NCBI GenBank assembly: GCA_905178155.1
Contig: CAJINV010000004.1
Location: 1,713,929-1,777,928, forward strand
Length of the DNA stretch: 64,000 bases
Direction of reading: 5' to 3'
From: Amoebophrya sp. A120
Taxonomy: Eukaryota; Protista; Dinoflagellata
Within the stretch, counting starts at the first letter, position 1. Every line of letters starts with the position of its first letter. Both the position numbers and the translations under genes were made by a program. Below are positions 35,861 through 48,600 of the stretch, piece after piece. The notes below the pieces were generated by a model. It was not told the origin of the DNA. It searched no databases and worked only from the letters and a program-made list of their open reading frames with translations.

Positions 35861-36754
35861 GCCAGAAGGTAGTGCAGTAGGCAGAAGAAGTGTTGACAAT
35901 ATTGAAGAAATTGATCTTAAGTGCAGACTTGATGACGAAGGTCATTTTTGATCGCTTTGGTCGTAGTGCTGTGTTTTTGTCAATAACAATATGTTGATAC
36001 AGGTAGAGTTATAGAAGTTCGTTGGGTTTTTGGATGTTGTGCTAGTACTCTCTTCTACTCCTCTCAAAGACAAAGGCTTGGCATTGTTACAAATTAGTTT
36101 TGTAAAAAATACCTCGACTGCTGCTGTTTCGTCAAAATATTAAACGCAACCTCATCCTGGTTTTGCGTAAGACGTAACTGATAATTTTGTATGAAAAAGT
36201 GTCCTCAGATCTGGTTCGAAAATTACAAAAATGCGTTCGTTTTTTTCTCCGCCTCGTCTGCTTTTCGCTGCAAGAAGGTCGTTCCTGCCCGATGATCATT
36301 TTGGTGAAGTTTTCTTGTCAAAGTCAACCACGGCTTTGTTTTGATTTTTATCTGCCGGGCCACCTCAACTAGTATTCTTCGCAACTACCTCCTGCCTTGC
36401 CCGTCACATATTGATTGGAGTCGACGGGTTCTGTCTCCTGCAAAAATTCTCTTCTCCAAAGCGTCGCAAAGACCACCCCCCGAACGGGTAGCTAGACGGA
36501 GTTGGGCAGATTTGAGGCGACGACCACCTTTTCTGAGGACGGCAGCGGTGCAGGCTCAGACAGCATTTTTGCTGGCGTCGAATCCTCCTCAAGAACCAAG
36601 TGCGTCGGTAACCGCACGTGAACTACCGTGCAGCATGAGAATGGGCAGCACGAGACGGTGCGCCGTAGCGAGGGCATGCACGACGCGTGGAACAAGTAGA
36701 AGATGCGCATCTTTCATCCGTATTGCGGGAGGGAAGAATTATACTACCACCAGG

Positions 36755-39700
36755 ATGAACAAAACCCCCTCCCACAGTCGTGCCGCGATCGTGCTGGCCA
36801 TGATGGTGTTGAAAATGAATTCTTTGCTCAGCCTACTATTAAAGCCGGCATACTTCTTCTACACGACGAGTCCCGTATCATTTGTCGCAGTTCACGCGGC
36901 GCATTGGAACCCGAACGAGATTCCGCCAGAAATGTTTATGTCCGCCATGGACTTTGATCCCGCAGCAACGACACCAGCGTCCTCCAGCACCTCGCCATTC
37001 GATGGAGAACGGAAAAATTTTCGTGCGGAGCACCAAGCGGCACCTGGTGCTGTCAAAAAACCTACTGCTTCCCCGTCGGCCGGCGCGAAAGCAGGTGGCA
37101 CGAGGAAGCTCGGCAAGGAGACGAAAGAGAAATCTAGCTGCAGTGACGAGGGCGCCAGAAAAAACAATACAATGACAATTTCTGAATCTGAACAATCCGT
37201 TGAGGGAGGTACCAGCATGGATGTCGATAATATGGCGAGGGAAGGGAGGGACGTCGCGTCTGGCGGGAGCACGACAAGGAACGCTGCTGAAGAAGTTGTT
37301 CCGATGATACAAGAGCAGGGAGGGCAACACCATCACCAGCAAGAAGCCGCGGGATCAGCCCCCGGCGCATCCGTATGAACTGCAAAAGTATCGCACTCGT
37401 ATAAATGCATTACAAATTTCCTCAGCATGAGTAGAAAAAGAAATAAAATCTTTAATGCGACTTTACCTTAAGAAAAAGATTCGTAGTGCATGATTGCAAT
37501 ACGACTGCGAATGCGATACTTTTGCAGTAGTTCATAATCCGGGATGGACAGCAGCTGGATTTTCAAAAACACCTCGGCGCTCTTTCAGGAGGCACTATCA
37601 CACAGAAAAAAGCAGGCAGGTCTTCATGGTCACATTTGTAATGCAAAAACAAATACACGAAAGAAATCTGCATTGCATATCCTAAACAGCATGCTATGGG
37701 GCCAGGCATGACAGATTTTTCTGTGTATTTAAGGTTTGCATTACAAATTATTTGCCCACCTGCCTGCTTTTTTCTGTGGGATAGGCACAGCAGGCAGCGT
37801 ACTACCTTGCGCGGTCAACGGCCATGGAGGCAGCGCAACTGCGGGACCAGATGTCCCCAGGGAAGATGATGATGGAGAATTATATGATGAAAACCAAAGC
37901 ACTCTTGGTCCCCTCCTCGCCTTCGAAATTGAAGAACCCCATGGAGTATGCACTACAAATATAAAGTATCGTTGTAGAATAAATCGCATGACAATTATCA
38001 AGGACTAGCAAAGAAACATAGAATTCGTTGATACACCGCCACAATTTCAATTTGTATGAAAGCGAGAGTGGATGTGCTGTCATGGCCTGATTGCGTTTAC
38101 AACGAGCGCGATGCTTCTCGTTTTGTAGTGGATATGGGAAGACTGAAGTCCGCCGGAACTAGCATGATGCCCAAGATCACGGACTTTGATTTCTCGCATT
38201 TCGGAGGCGGAGGAACAGGGGGCACAACTAGTAGTACAGTGCCAGCATCAGGAACCGCGACTGCGGGGGAACAAGAACGCCATGGAGCAGACACTAACGC
38301 ATCAAAAGGAACTAGTACTTTTAGGAAAAACAAGAAGGAGAGGAAGACAGGGACGAACCTTCACGACGGAAGTAGGGCGTCAGCGTCGACGTCCATCAAT
38401 TCCGCTGGTATTTTGAAAACAAAAAAAGACAACCGCACGAATCTTCCGACGGCAGACGCCAGTGGGACAAGTACCGGCTCCTCGTGGACGAGTGCGATGT
38501 TTGCGGAGAGTCAAAACCCCCCGCAGGTTGCTCCTGCTGTCGAAGTTGTGGGAGAAGCAGTCGCACAACTAGGAGCCGCGCCCGTCAGTACATCTGCCCA
38601 TAAAAAGCAGAGCAGCAAAAGCTCCAAGCACGCGAAACAGAATATGCACTGCAAAAGCATCGTGATCGTCGAATGATCGTGCGTAGTCGTAATTGCATGA
38701 CCAATTATTTCCTTGGCATTAAAGTTAAATATAATCAGACGTGTAAATCCCAAATCAGGTACTTACAACCAGGAGACCACATCTATCATGATGCATGATG
38801 GCAACTATTACTGTAGTAGGACGCATTCGAGTGCGATGCTGTTGCGCAGAATACAGAAAAAAAAACCGAAAAACTTCTTGGAAATCGAACCTTCGAGTTT
38901 TCCGTATGGGATTCTCAACTGATACGTTCTCAACTGTTCCATGGTTATGGTTTGTCATGCAAGACTTCCAAATTTGTAAATGCAAGAGGCGCAAAATATC
39001 CCTGGTCAATTCAATTGGCCAGGGATATTTGTTTGCGCCGCTTGCATAATAGAATTTTTGGAACAACGGATGGCCATGCTATTTAGCCCTTCAAGTAGAA
39101 TTTGTACTGCGAGCCAGCTTCATGGCGTTGAAGTTGCTGGCAATTTTGCATTACAAAGCATGTACCACTCGAGAATGTTGCGCCGTTTGAGACTGTCATA
39201 TACCGCCGAGTCCGCCAGACAGCGACGAGATTTCGGTGGTAGATGCTGTGGATGTGGCAGAAAGAGGGTACTATACTGTTTTTTGTATTTACGTTATGAA
39301 ATTTGGAGCAAGTGGTCTGCTCTGCACAACAAGTACCGATAGAGAGCGCATACTGAAGTCCTTCGGCGTTCCTGTTTATTGTAAAGAAAAGTTGTAAAGT
39401 CTTGATCTAGATCTTCTTCGTGCCACCTGTACAAGTACAAGTAGTGCCGCTATATATTTTCTCAAGATAAAAGCAAAATTGGAAAAATCACAGTTCTTCC
39501 CTCGCGGCGATGTCGTCTATTGGGGAGGAGATTCTGGTATCAAGTGCAAATATCCCTGCAGGGTCTGGATGATTGCACGGCTTGTCATGCAAGTTTTCCT
39601 TCACGTTCAGTTCACGCCTCACAAGAACAGATTTTTCTGTGAGAGTGAGGTCTTGTTTCTCACACCCACTTATTCTGCACGAGAAACAAGCTTGATGTCC

Positions 39701-42700
39701 ACGATGGGCACGACCATAACTACGACGTGTGCTAAGCAACATGCGAAACAGAAGATTCTTGTGAGTGTGACTCTGACTGACAGGACAGCGCATCTTCACA
39801 AGTTTGCAGTCTACAACTTCCAGACGCAGAGCGATATTTGCAACGCATAAGTGGGTATCAACTGCAAATATGTCTGGGTCTGGAAGAATGCCAGACTTGT
39901 GATGCAGGTTTTGCATGTCCCATGAGGTCTGGTATGTAGGACAGAGCATGACAGATCATTTGAGCGCTCTATCATACCTATCCTCCATGAGAAACTGCCT
40001 CTCGATTAGGTCAAAAGCGGACAGCTTTTGGTAATCATACAACACAGATTTTCACACGATTCAGATGTAGCATGACAAGTTGCAGCTTTGTTCCAGACCC
40101 AGACATTTTTGCATTTGATAGTGGGGCAAATTTACGACAGTATGCCCGACCCGTCGAGTATCACCAGCCCGCTCGAGGAATTGGGGAAGAGACTCTCGAG
40201 CCTTGTGTTGCACGACAGCTTCTCAACGACCTCATCCGGTAAGAGAATACTGGAACAAAACCTGGACCCGTTTTTGCTGAAGACCACTGTAGGAGGTGGA
40301 GCAGGAGAACAACGAGGTGACAGTGACAGCAAGTCGGGACGAAGAACCACCACGACTAGCACGACGAAGTGGGATGAATCAATCTCGTCATCTAGTACGA
40401 GCCTTCTCAACAACGGCGCGGAAAACATGAGTAATACGGTCATCAGGGAAGATTATTTCTCCTCAGGAGCTGGTGCACCACCCGCGAGGAGCCAGGCACT
40501 TACCACGGTTGCCGAAGACGAGCTGCAGGACGAGTCATGTTGTGGTAGTTCCCCCAGCAGTATCAGTAAATCTAGTTCCACCTCGAGGGATACGAAGAAC
40601 AAGCCTTCATCTCCGCTACAATCAAATGACAAGCACGTTTCTCCTCCGCTTTCTGAGACCGATGGAGGAAAGGGAGTACTAGCAGTCGAAAGCATTCAAG
40701 CACTACCTCTTGTTCTCGAGGAACCGGCGAAAAAGTATGACTCACAGGCAGGCGAGCAACAAGATGAAGTACAACTCCGGGATCATGAAAAGGATACCAC
40801 GCACCACAGTACCTCCGCACAAGGACATCAACAGAACTACACTGGTAAAAAATCTTGTTGTAATGCCGCAAGTGTAGTTGAACGACAACCATCTCCCCAC
40901 CGGATCATGTTGTCCACTGGTGAAAAGGGACGGGAACAAACTTCCCCCGTCGGGGTCGGGGCTGCAGGTGGTCAGCTGGGACGAGATGATAGTAGAGGTA
41001 CGGAGCTCGAGTTGAACCCAAAGCCAAACTCACCTCCAGAAGTGCAAGAGAAGATCAAAGGCGGTACAAGAATTTTTACAGCCGAAATGGACGTTGATGA
41101 GGATGAAGACAAGGAGGACTTCCACGATTCTAATGAGGTTGAACAAACATCGGATAGTGGTGGTGCAGCTCCAGGGGAAATAAACGATGCAAGTGCATCA
41201 AATTCAAAGCGACATGTACATGACGTCGACAACAATGAATCCGACTCGGAGTTCCACGAAGCGCTCTCCAACGACGAAGATTTTGCGAGCTCCTGGTGCG
41301 TTCTATCAAACAAATGCACAAGTAGAACTGAATCCTCCTGGCTGCGTTTGTCATGCAAAACTTCTACAGCATCCATCATTCTTTGTGTCTTGTGGCGCTG
41401 GGAGCGGGTGTCCATGATGATGATGATGATGTCTTAGCACGACCGGCTGCATTTTGACAAGTCTTGGGAATTATACAGTACAACACTTCTCCGCGTGTAA
41501 GTAGACTCACTTGCCATGCGAAGAAAGCTGCACTCTTGCGACTGTTTCTATTCTTGTCGATGCCATGATGCCTATGCAAATGAGGGGCGGTTGAGTAGTA
41601 GTTCTTGTGTACTGTAATACATTTTGTCCGACGAGGACTATGGAATTCCAGCGTCTTCAAAAGACGAAGAGAACGATTCGCCTGCAAGTGCTGGGGACGA
41701 GGATCATACAACAGAAAAAATTCAGCACCAACTACGACCAGACCAAGACCAGGATGAAATAAAAAATGCAGTTGTCCTGGATGGCGGACCACCAGCAGCG
41801 ATGCCCGACAGCATCAAGCCGCGCAAACTATATGAATTGCAAAAGTATCGTACTCGTATAAATGCATGACAAATTCCCCCAGCATGAGAAATAAGATTTG
41901 TCATGCGGATTTACCTTGGGAAAAAAACTTGTAATGCATGACTGCGATTGCTACGAGTACGATACTTTTGCACAGGATAAACTACAGCGCGCAACCACGA
42001 TCTCCACGCGGTGCGACTCGTCCGACACCCTGCCAATTCCGTTCTCGCCAGCTGCATCAGAATATGCTGCGCGAAAGTATCGCACTCGTATAAAAAGTGC
42101 ATTACAAATTTCCTCAGCATGAGAAAAAAATTTGTAATGCTGATTTACCTTTAAAAAAAAGATTTGTAATGCATGATTGCAATTCGAGTACGATTACGAT
42201 ACTTTTGCACAGGATACAGAACAGCCGGGGTCGCCCAGAAGTAGCAACGCGAACGGCGACGATTATTACGCGAATGCCGAGGAGGATCAGGATGCTCATC
42301 AAAATGCCAATTCGCAACTGCTGCTGGAGGGCGTGGATTTTGACAACAGCACCGAGGACAACTCACAAAGGCGAACAAGCACTCGCGCTGCTCTCCGAAG
42401 AACTACGACCTCACAAGAGACCAAAAAGATGGAGCTGCAACTGGAAGCTTTGGCTACGGCTGCGCTCGCGGAATCGGAGTGGGTCATGCCGAACCCGGCC
42501 GTCACGGATGCGGCGAAAGGCGTGACGACGATGACTTTCTTACGGAAAGTCCAGCTGGACCTGACTGGTGTCAACAGCGTTCGCAGCGCGGAGGGGCAGA
42601 GTCTTGTCACCGCGAAATCCTGGCCGCCATGCGAGTTTGGGTTCGATCTCGCCCGCTTTTCGAAGCAGCTCAAAAAACTACCCGAGTACGGAAGCGAAGA

Positions 42701-44405
42701 GGAGGCTACGCATCGCAGAACGATATCGTAAGAGCGTGAATTGCATATGCAAACTTGACGTTGAGGAGGAAGATTGGAATTTGTCCTGCTGATGAAGGTG
42801 GGGAAGCAGACTTGTGATGCATGTTACTGCAATGAGTACGACTACGATATTACTTTTGCATCGGATAGAGGCTGAGAAGGTCTGGAAGGAGGACGTGAAG
42901 AAGGAATTGGAGATATTGTGTGTAAAAACGTCCCCATACTTCAATCATCGACAAATCTGCATGCTTCAAATGTTTCGCATGCAAAGTTTCATGAGAATCA
43001 TTTTCCAGTGGTATACGTGATGCTCGAATCAGCATGAAATGCTCGCTAGCTATACCTAAACACGACTGCAATATTGCGAGCCCAAAGTTGTCATGCCCGA
43101 AAGCCAAAACGCATTGAATTTTCTAGCAGATTTCCCATCTTGCCTCTTGGCTGTGGAGTCCGTTTTTACTCACGATAGGAAAAGCGGGAGAAACTGGCGA
43201 AAAGCGGAGGGAAAAGTGCTGAAGTAGGAACAAAGGCAACAACGACAGCCACGACGAAAGCCTCAACACCGCTCTGTCTGTATCCTGTGCAAAAGTATCG
43301 TACTCGTATAAATGCCAGACTAGCATGACAAATCTGGTTTCTTAGGTAATTTAGCATGACAAATTCATTTTTTCATGCTGAGGAACTTTGTAATGCATTT
43401 ATACGAGTACGATACTTTTGCAGTTCATAGTCTTGCATCGGATGACGCGGCCAAACACTTGTATTTTCGCTTTGGATATCAGCTGCAACTATGTGCCTGG
43501 GTCTGGAAGATTGCAAGACTTGTCATGCTAGTCTGGCATGACGCTGCACATGCACTCTGTATTGCCTGGCCGCAAACACGCTCTCCCGCCTGTCATGCAA
43601 AAACGCAGCGTCTCATGCGGGATAAAAAGTACGCAGCACAGAAGCACGAGAAAGCTTGTCATGCTTGGCGGCGCATTTTTACAGTGCGCTTCTATATAAT
43701 TCTCTGACTGGCATCTTCACAGCTTTCCAGATCCAGGCGTATTTGCAGTTGATATCGGGTTGGACACGGTGTCGATGAGCCGCGCGAACCAGTACATCGA
43801 CAATTTGGTGCTTCCGCCGAAGGTACTAGAAGTAGTTGTATTTTGTGCACGAGTTTTGTGTCACTTGCAATGATCTTGCTCCTCGTTCTATTTTATAGAA
43901 AAGTAGTATAAAGAGAAATGCTTCTACGTGGTCTTAGTCTTACTGCGTTCGTCTTTGATTGTGGTGACACATCAACTTCGATTCTTGCATCAGTTTTATG
44001 TTTGTAAAAAAATATTTAGAAAAGCAGGATCGCATTTTTTTCAAGATCAAGGTAAAGAATCGACACAAAATCCACGCAAACCTCCAGGTGTCTTTCGGCC
44101 CCACGCACTACCGGCAAACGCATGTGACATTAAACCAGCCCGCTACTGTGCAAGACACGACGAAAACCGAAGTTTCGCTCGACATCTTTTCCGCCGAAGA
44201 CACCCCGTACCTCTGGACGCTCCAGGTAACGGCGGAGGTGATGGTGCAAACAGGCGCGCGCTTCAGGGTGGTTGCGAAGTTAAAAGAGATGATCGCGAAA
44301 GCTGTGGCGCACTGGGGCCTCCCCGAGCTGAATCACGAGCTTTCCCCCTTCCGGGAGATTGCGGAAAGTTTGACGCTGCTGTTTGTCAAGGAGGTTCTGG
44401 TTTGA
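36755..44405 (+). CDS. Large low-complexity hypothetical protein with a signal-like N-terminus; 14 introners plus 2 canonical introns (39268-39493, 43823-44027)
   Basis: Frame traced continuously through all junctions, ending ...NLVLPPK|DRIFFKIKV...KEVLV*; start codon uncertain. Confidence 0.65.
37374..37536. mobile_element. Introner family B (reverse)
   Basis: DR atccg/atccg. Confidence 0.9.
37596..37783. mobile_element. Introner family D
   Basis: 26-bp near-perfect TIR; DR ggcac/ggcac. Confidence 0.92.
37947..38134. mobile_element. Introner family B-like (degenerate)
   Basis: DR tggag/tggga. Confidence 0.7.
38643..38853. mobile_element. Introner family B-like
   Basis: DR cagaa/cagaa. 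Confidence 0.8.
38905..39200. mobile_element. Introner family C-like
   Basis: DR ttccg/taccg. Confidence 0.78.
39538..39849. mobile_element. Introner family A-like (old)
   Basis: DR tctgg/agtgg. Confidence 0.75.
39856..40120. mobile_element. Introner family A
   Basis: DR gtggg/gtggg; only 6 nt from the previous element. Confidence 0.92.
41304..41619. mobile_element. Degenerate introner
   Basis: tgcacaag/cttgtgta termini; DR cgttc/cattt; frame restored. Confidence 0.6.
41831..41979. mobile_element. Introner family B (reverse)
   Basis: DR aacta/aacta. Confidence 0.92.
42063..42216. mobile_element. Introner family B (reverse)
   Basis: DR cagaa/cagaa. Confidence 0.9.
42707..42867. mobile_element. 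Introner family B-like (diverged)
   Basis: DR gaggc/gaggc. Confidence 0.78.
42914..43177. mobile_element. Introner family F
   Basis: DR ggaga/ggaaa. Confidence 0.82.
43281..43429. mobile_element. Introner family B
   Basis: DR gtctg/gtctt. Confidence 0.9.
43477..43754. mobile_element. Introner family A
   Basis: DR ttgga/tcggg. Confidence 0.85.
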
Positions 44406-45609
44406 CGAGGGAACAATGGGAAATTTGGAAGCAGGTCAGTGATACATAGCTGTGCCGGACGAGATGTTGGACGTGAATAAAGAAGGCAACCGGCACACTA
44501 GCTGCATTTCTGACCGATATGAAGGTGATTCCGATAGCAGGATGTTTTTCTAGATATAGATTAAGAATACAGAAACAAAACGAAAATGAAAAAATGGAAC
44601 ATTGCTCTGTACTATGAATGTGGTATCCGTAAAGAAATTCGATAGATGCGCCATCTTTTTACAGGATCGATGGCCATGAATATTACACTGGATAATTTTA
44701 TACTGTCGTACGGATTTGCAAGAATATCAATATCGTTTCTGTTTATATCGTTTCGCCATTGTCGTGGCCATGCAATAAATTGAACTAGTACAATCATGTA
44801 TCAGAACAATCAATGTTTTGACGGCGCCGCCGCCGCGGCCGCTCCCTTGCAAGATTGAGTAGAATTTTACGCAGTGTTTTGTTGTAAAAGTTCCAATCTC
44901 TTGTAGGTGTTGTGTCTTGTAATTACTAATGTTGAAAATAGAAGGAGTCAATAGCTGCATTGGATACAAGAAGCTATGACATACTTGCAGCTAGGGTACT
45001 ATTGGGGAACGAGAACGGTGCTGTAAAAAAAATAGAGCAGATGGGTTTCAAGTGGAAGCTTCCCATTTACCTCCGGAGTTTTGAAGTTTGCACGAATGAA
45101 ACTAAAACGCCAGATGACGAAGAAACAACATTGTTGAGCACGGTCTGCAAAACGCAAAGGTGGTGGAACAAGGTATGATATAAAGCATCTGAGTCAACAG
45201 CACACACTCCAGTGCTGGAGGATAGCATCAACGTCGCTGCTAAAACTGAAGGCGATAGTGGTTGAAGAAAAGTCGTCTATGTATTTGCATGTTTTGATTG
45301 GTAAAATATGATAGGTATATTTTCTCCTGATGCTCCGGCACAGTGTTGGCGCAGCCGCTGCGATGAGGGACAAGGAGGCAAACTCGATAATTCATTGTGT
45401 TGAAAGAGAGAGGATATTATATTTGGGAAGACCAAGACGACGACCTTGGAGCGGACAGTGAAGAAGGTCAGGGACAGGCTTTGTTTTCCTCCTGTCGTCG
45501 TGCACTAACACCACGACTTCTTGCCGGGGAGTTTGTTTATAACGCTGAGTGGTAAAATAAAAATAAAGAATTGAAATCATAAAATAAAAGATCATCACAA
45601 TAAGACATC

Positions 45610-48600
45610 ATGGCCGTTCCACTTTTCGTCCGCTACCTGTACTCCCTCATTCGCAATGGGATGTGGGAGGATGCGGCTGTCGCCCGGACGGACCCTGTGT
45701 TTCAGAACTTCAAAGATATTCTGTTGCTGAATTATAGCAACACCAGCCAAGAAGTAGTCGCTGGGATATCAAAAAAGCCTACAACACCAGCACCAGCAGG
45801 AGGACCCCAGCAAGGACCACCACCACGTGCTGTCGCTGCCAGCTATTTGTTTACCAATGCTGAGGAACTTGTCGCCCCCTACTTGACCTGGCGCTTTTCG
45901 TACCTGGTTTGCGGGTCGTTTTTCGGGCTTTGGAAAATCATTCTGGACTCGCCCATACCCGCGTTTGGGGGCAAGAGCTACGAGGAGCTTAAGCAGGACT
46001 ACAAAAAGTTTCTCCAGGAACAATTGCCTGTCGAAGTGTCGCTGGATGAGTTCGACAGTCTGCTGGAAGTGTTAACCTACGAGGATTTGGGGTTCTTCAT
46101 CGTCTCAATTGTATCGGTGTTCTTCACGATTGTATCTGTCTTGTTGCTGCTTTCGCTGTTTCGGACACTGCCGCGCGCGGTGGGGCCGGCGCGAAGCGGT
46201 GCTGTTGCTGTAGTTTCTGATGCTAATTTATTTCGAAGAAGCGCGACAACGCGCCTCGGGACGACGAGGACGAGCTCGGCTTCATTCTCTCCATATCAAA
46301 TGCAAATATGTCTGCTGGGTCTGGAAGGTTCGAACTTGTGATGCTAACTTTGGACTCTAAAAATATCTGTATTGCATGACCAGCAAGAGGAGTGTAGTTT
46401 GTGCTACGCGGGGAGGGCATTTGTCATGCGAAGTAGGCATCAGGAAGCCCTCTGAAAATCTGTGATGCTAGGTCGTGCATTACAGACATCCTGCTGGGCC
46501 ATGCAAAATATGCATGGCAAACCCGGCAACATTCCAGACCCAGACACTTTTGCATTTGATACACCAACGGCCTACGCAAACCCACACGGCGCAGCAGCTG
46601 TACCACAGGTGGACGAAGCCGTAACAGTTGTTCTTGGGAAGCCGCAAATTTTTTTACATGGCGGGGGAAACAAGCAAGTGCAAGGAGGGCCGCCGAGGAC
46701 GTCAGGGGCAAATAAAGAGGTGGGAACATCATTAAACATTCAAGACATTCTTATGGAAGCGTCAGGATCGAAATCGTGAAAGTTGAAATAGTTTGTGATG
46801 CATAAAATGGATACCAGTTGTAACCCAGCTTCCAAGTGGCGCATGACAAATTTGGGTAGAGCCGAAAGGCAGTTTGTCATGCTGTCTGAGTAACGAAGAC
46901 GCCTTTTGTCATGCTACTTTAGCAGCTCAGTTTCTACCTCTCAACAGGCTTACAATCTGCCTAGCTTGCCTACTCTGCAAGACAGGCACTTCGTGCGCTG
47001 CATTTTATGCATGACAAATCATTTCAACTTTGTCGATTTCGATTCTGACACTTCCATAATTCTCCAGGAAGAAGCCGAGCGATTGAGGGCGAAGCAACAG
47101 AAGTTCTTCGTGAGTCAGTCGCCAGCTGCGCATATCCTGTGCAAAAGTATCGTACTTGTAGTAATTGCAGTCATGCATTACAAACTTTTTTCCAAAGGTA
47201 AATCCGCATGACAAATTTTATTTCCCATGCTGAGGAAATTTGTAATGCATTTATACGAGTGCGATACTTTTGCGATGCATAGCGCAGCGCGCCGAGGACA
47301 AAGTTGCTCTGGAGGGTCACCATAACCTGCCCCCACCAGGACCTCCTAGTCGTGAAAATGAAAATGACATTTATTTCTCGTCCGCAGTAGATGGGCGAGG
47401 AGCCGCACAACTAGACCGCCAGCCTCTAACCCCCGCAGTTCCCCCCGGCGTGACTATTCCCAACCTGCACTCGGCTCCACCGGATAAAAAGAATGTTAAA
47501 CCTGCCACTACGTCGTGGTCGCAGGCTTCTCTAGCGGGCGGAAGTAGTGGTCTTCTAGATCCGTACAGACCTACCCCGGAGCAGCAATATGAGTACAACG
47601 CAGTGGACTTCGATTTGTCAGACTACAACACCGCAACGTCATCAAATGTCGCAAGGCATCTTCAAACGGCGCATCATGCAAGAGCAAATGGCTCTACTAC
47701 AACTCACGGTCAAGATGAGCCCGACGTTCTCCGCGCTTTGCCGGAAGCTAAGGAAAAAACCAAATTGCTTTTCCACACCATCGCTTACTCCCGCAAAACC
47801 GTGGCACTCGCTTGGCTGATTGCGTTTGCTCCCCCGTTTCTATTCCTCCTCATCTACCCGATTCGGTCGGCAGTAGATTGGGACCAAGTCGTTGCGGACG
47901 TGTGCGTTTACAGTGTGAAAATGGTCTTCGACAGCCCAGGGACGGAAGTGCAAAACACCTTGCGACTCGTCAGCGAGGCCGGGTTACTGGATGCCGACAC
48001 AACTCTGTTAACCGACGTGGACAAGCTCCCGGAGTGGTGCAGCCTGCAAAACCGGGAGTGGCACGAAAAATTCTACAGCAACGCGCTCCGCTGCGCCTGG
48101 GTCGTGGAGGACCGGTGTCGCGACATCTATTGTGCCGCCGCCGCATTCCCCGCGAACGAAGTGAAAAAAGTACCGGAATGCTTGACGGACTGTCTCTCCT
48201 TTGCCATCGCCAAAGTGGGCGTCGCCACCGTCCGCCGACAGACACTGAACATTTTTGCCACTTGTTCCGACCGCAACGCGCCATTCACTTTGGGGATCAA
48301 ACCTATGTAATCGGAATAAATCTATCGCAATACTACATGCAAATCGCCTACGCCTGCTATATCAATATACTTACACTGTCATCTAATTTTTATCAAGTTG
48401 ACAAGGCAGTGCACATTGTAATCAATGCTGAATCATCTGTAGAAAAAAGTTATGTCATGCCAGATGCCATTGAAGAAATACATACGAGTATCGGATAGTA
48501 CTTTTGCAGTGGATCCTTCCCCCAAAGTTACGATTTTCATCGTCCACCAGCACACCGAGGGAACTGTTACCGCCGCGCGAACAAGGCCCTTCTGTTTCTG

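Noticed and set aside
43472-43759. DR mismatches often synonymous (ttgga/tcggg, ttgag/tggag, ccgag/cagag), suggesting both copies are under coding constraint
   Set aside because: About half of the mismatches I tallied are synonymous, which is not clearly above what neutral drift of the intronic copy plus synonymous drift of the exonic copy would give; a genome-wide count is needed.
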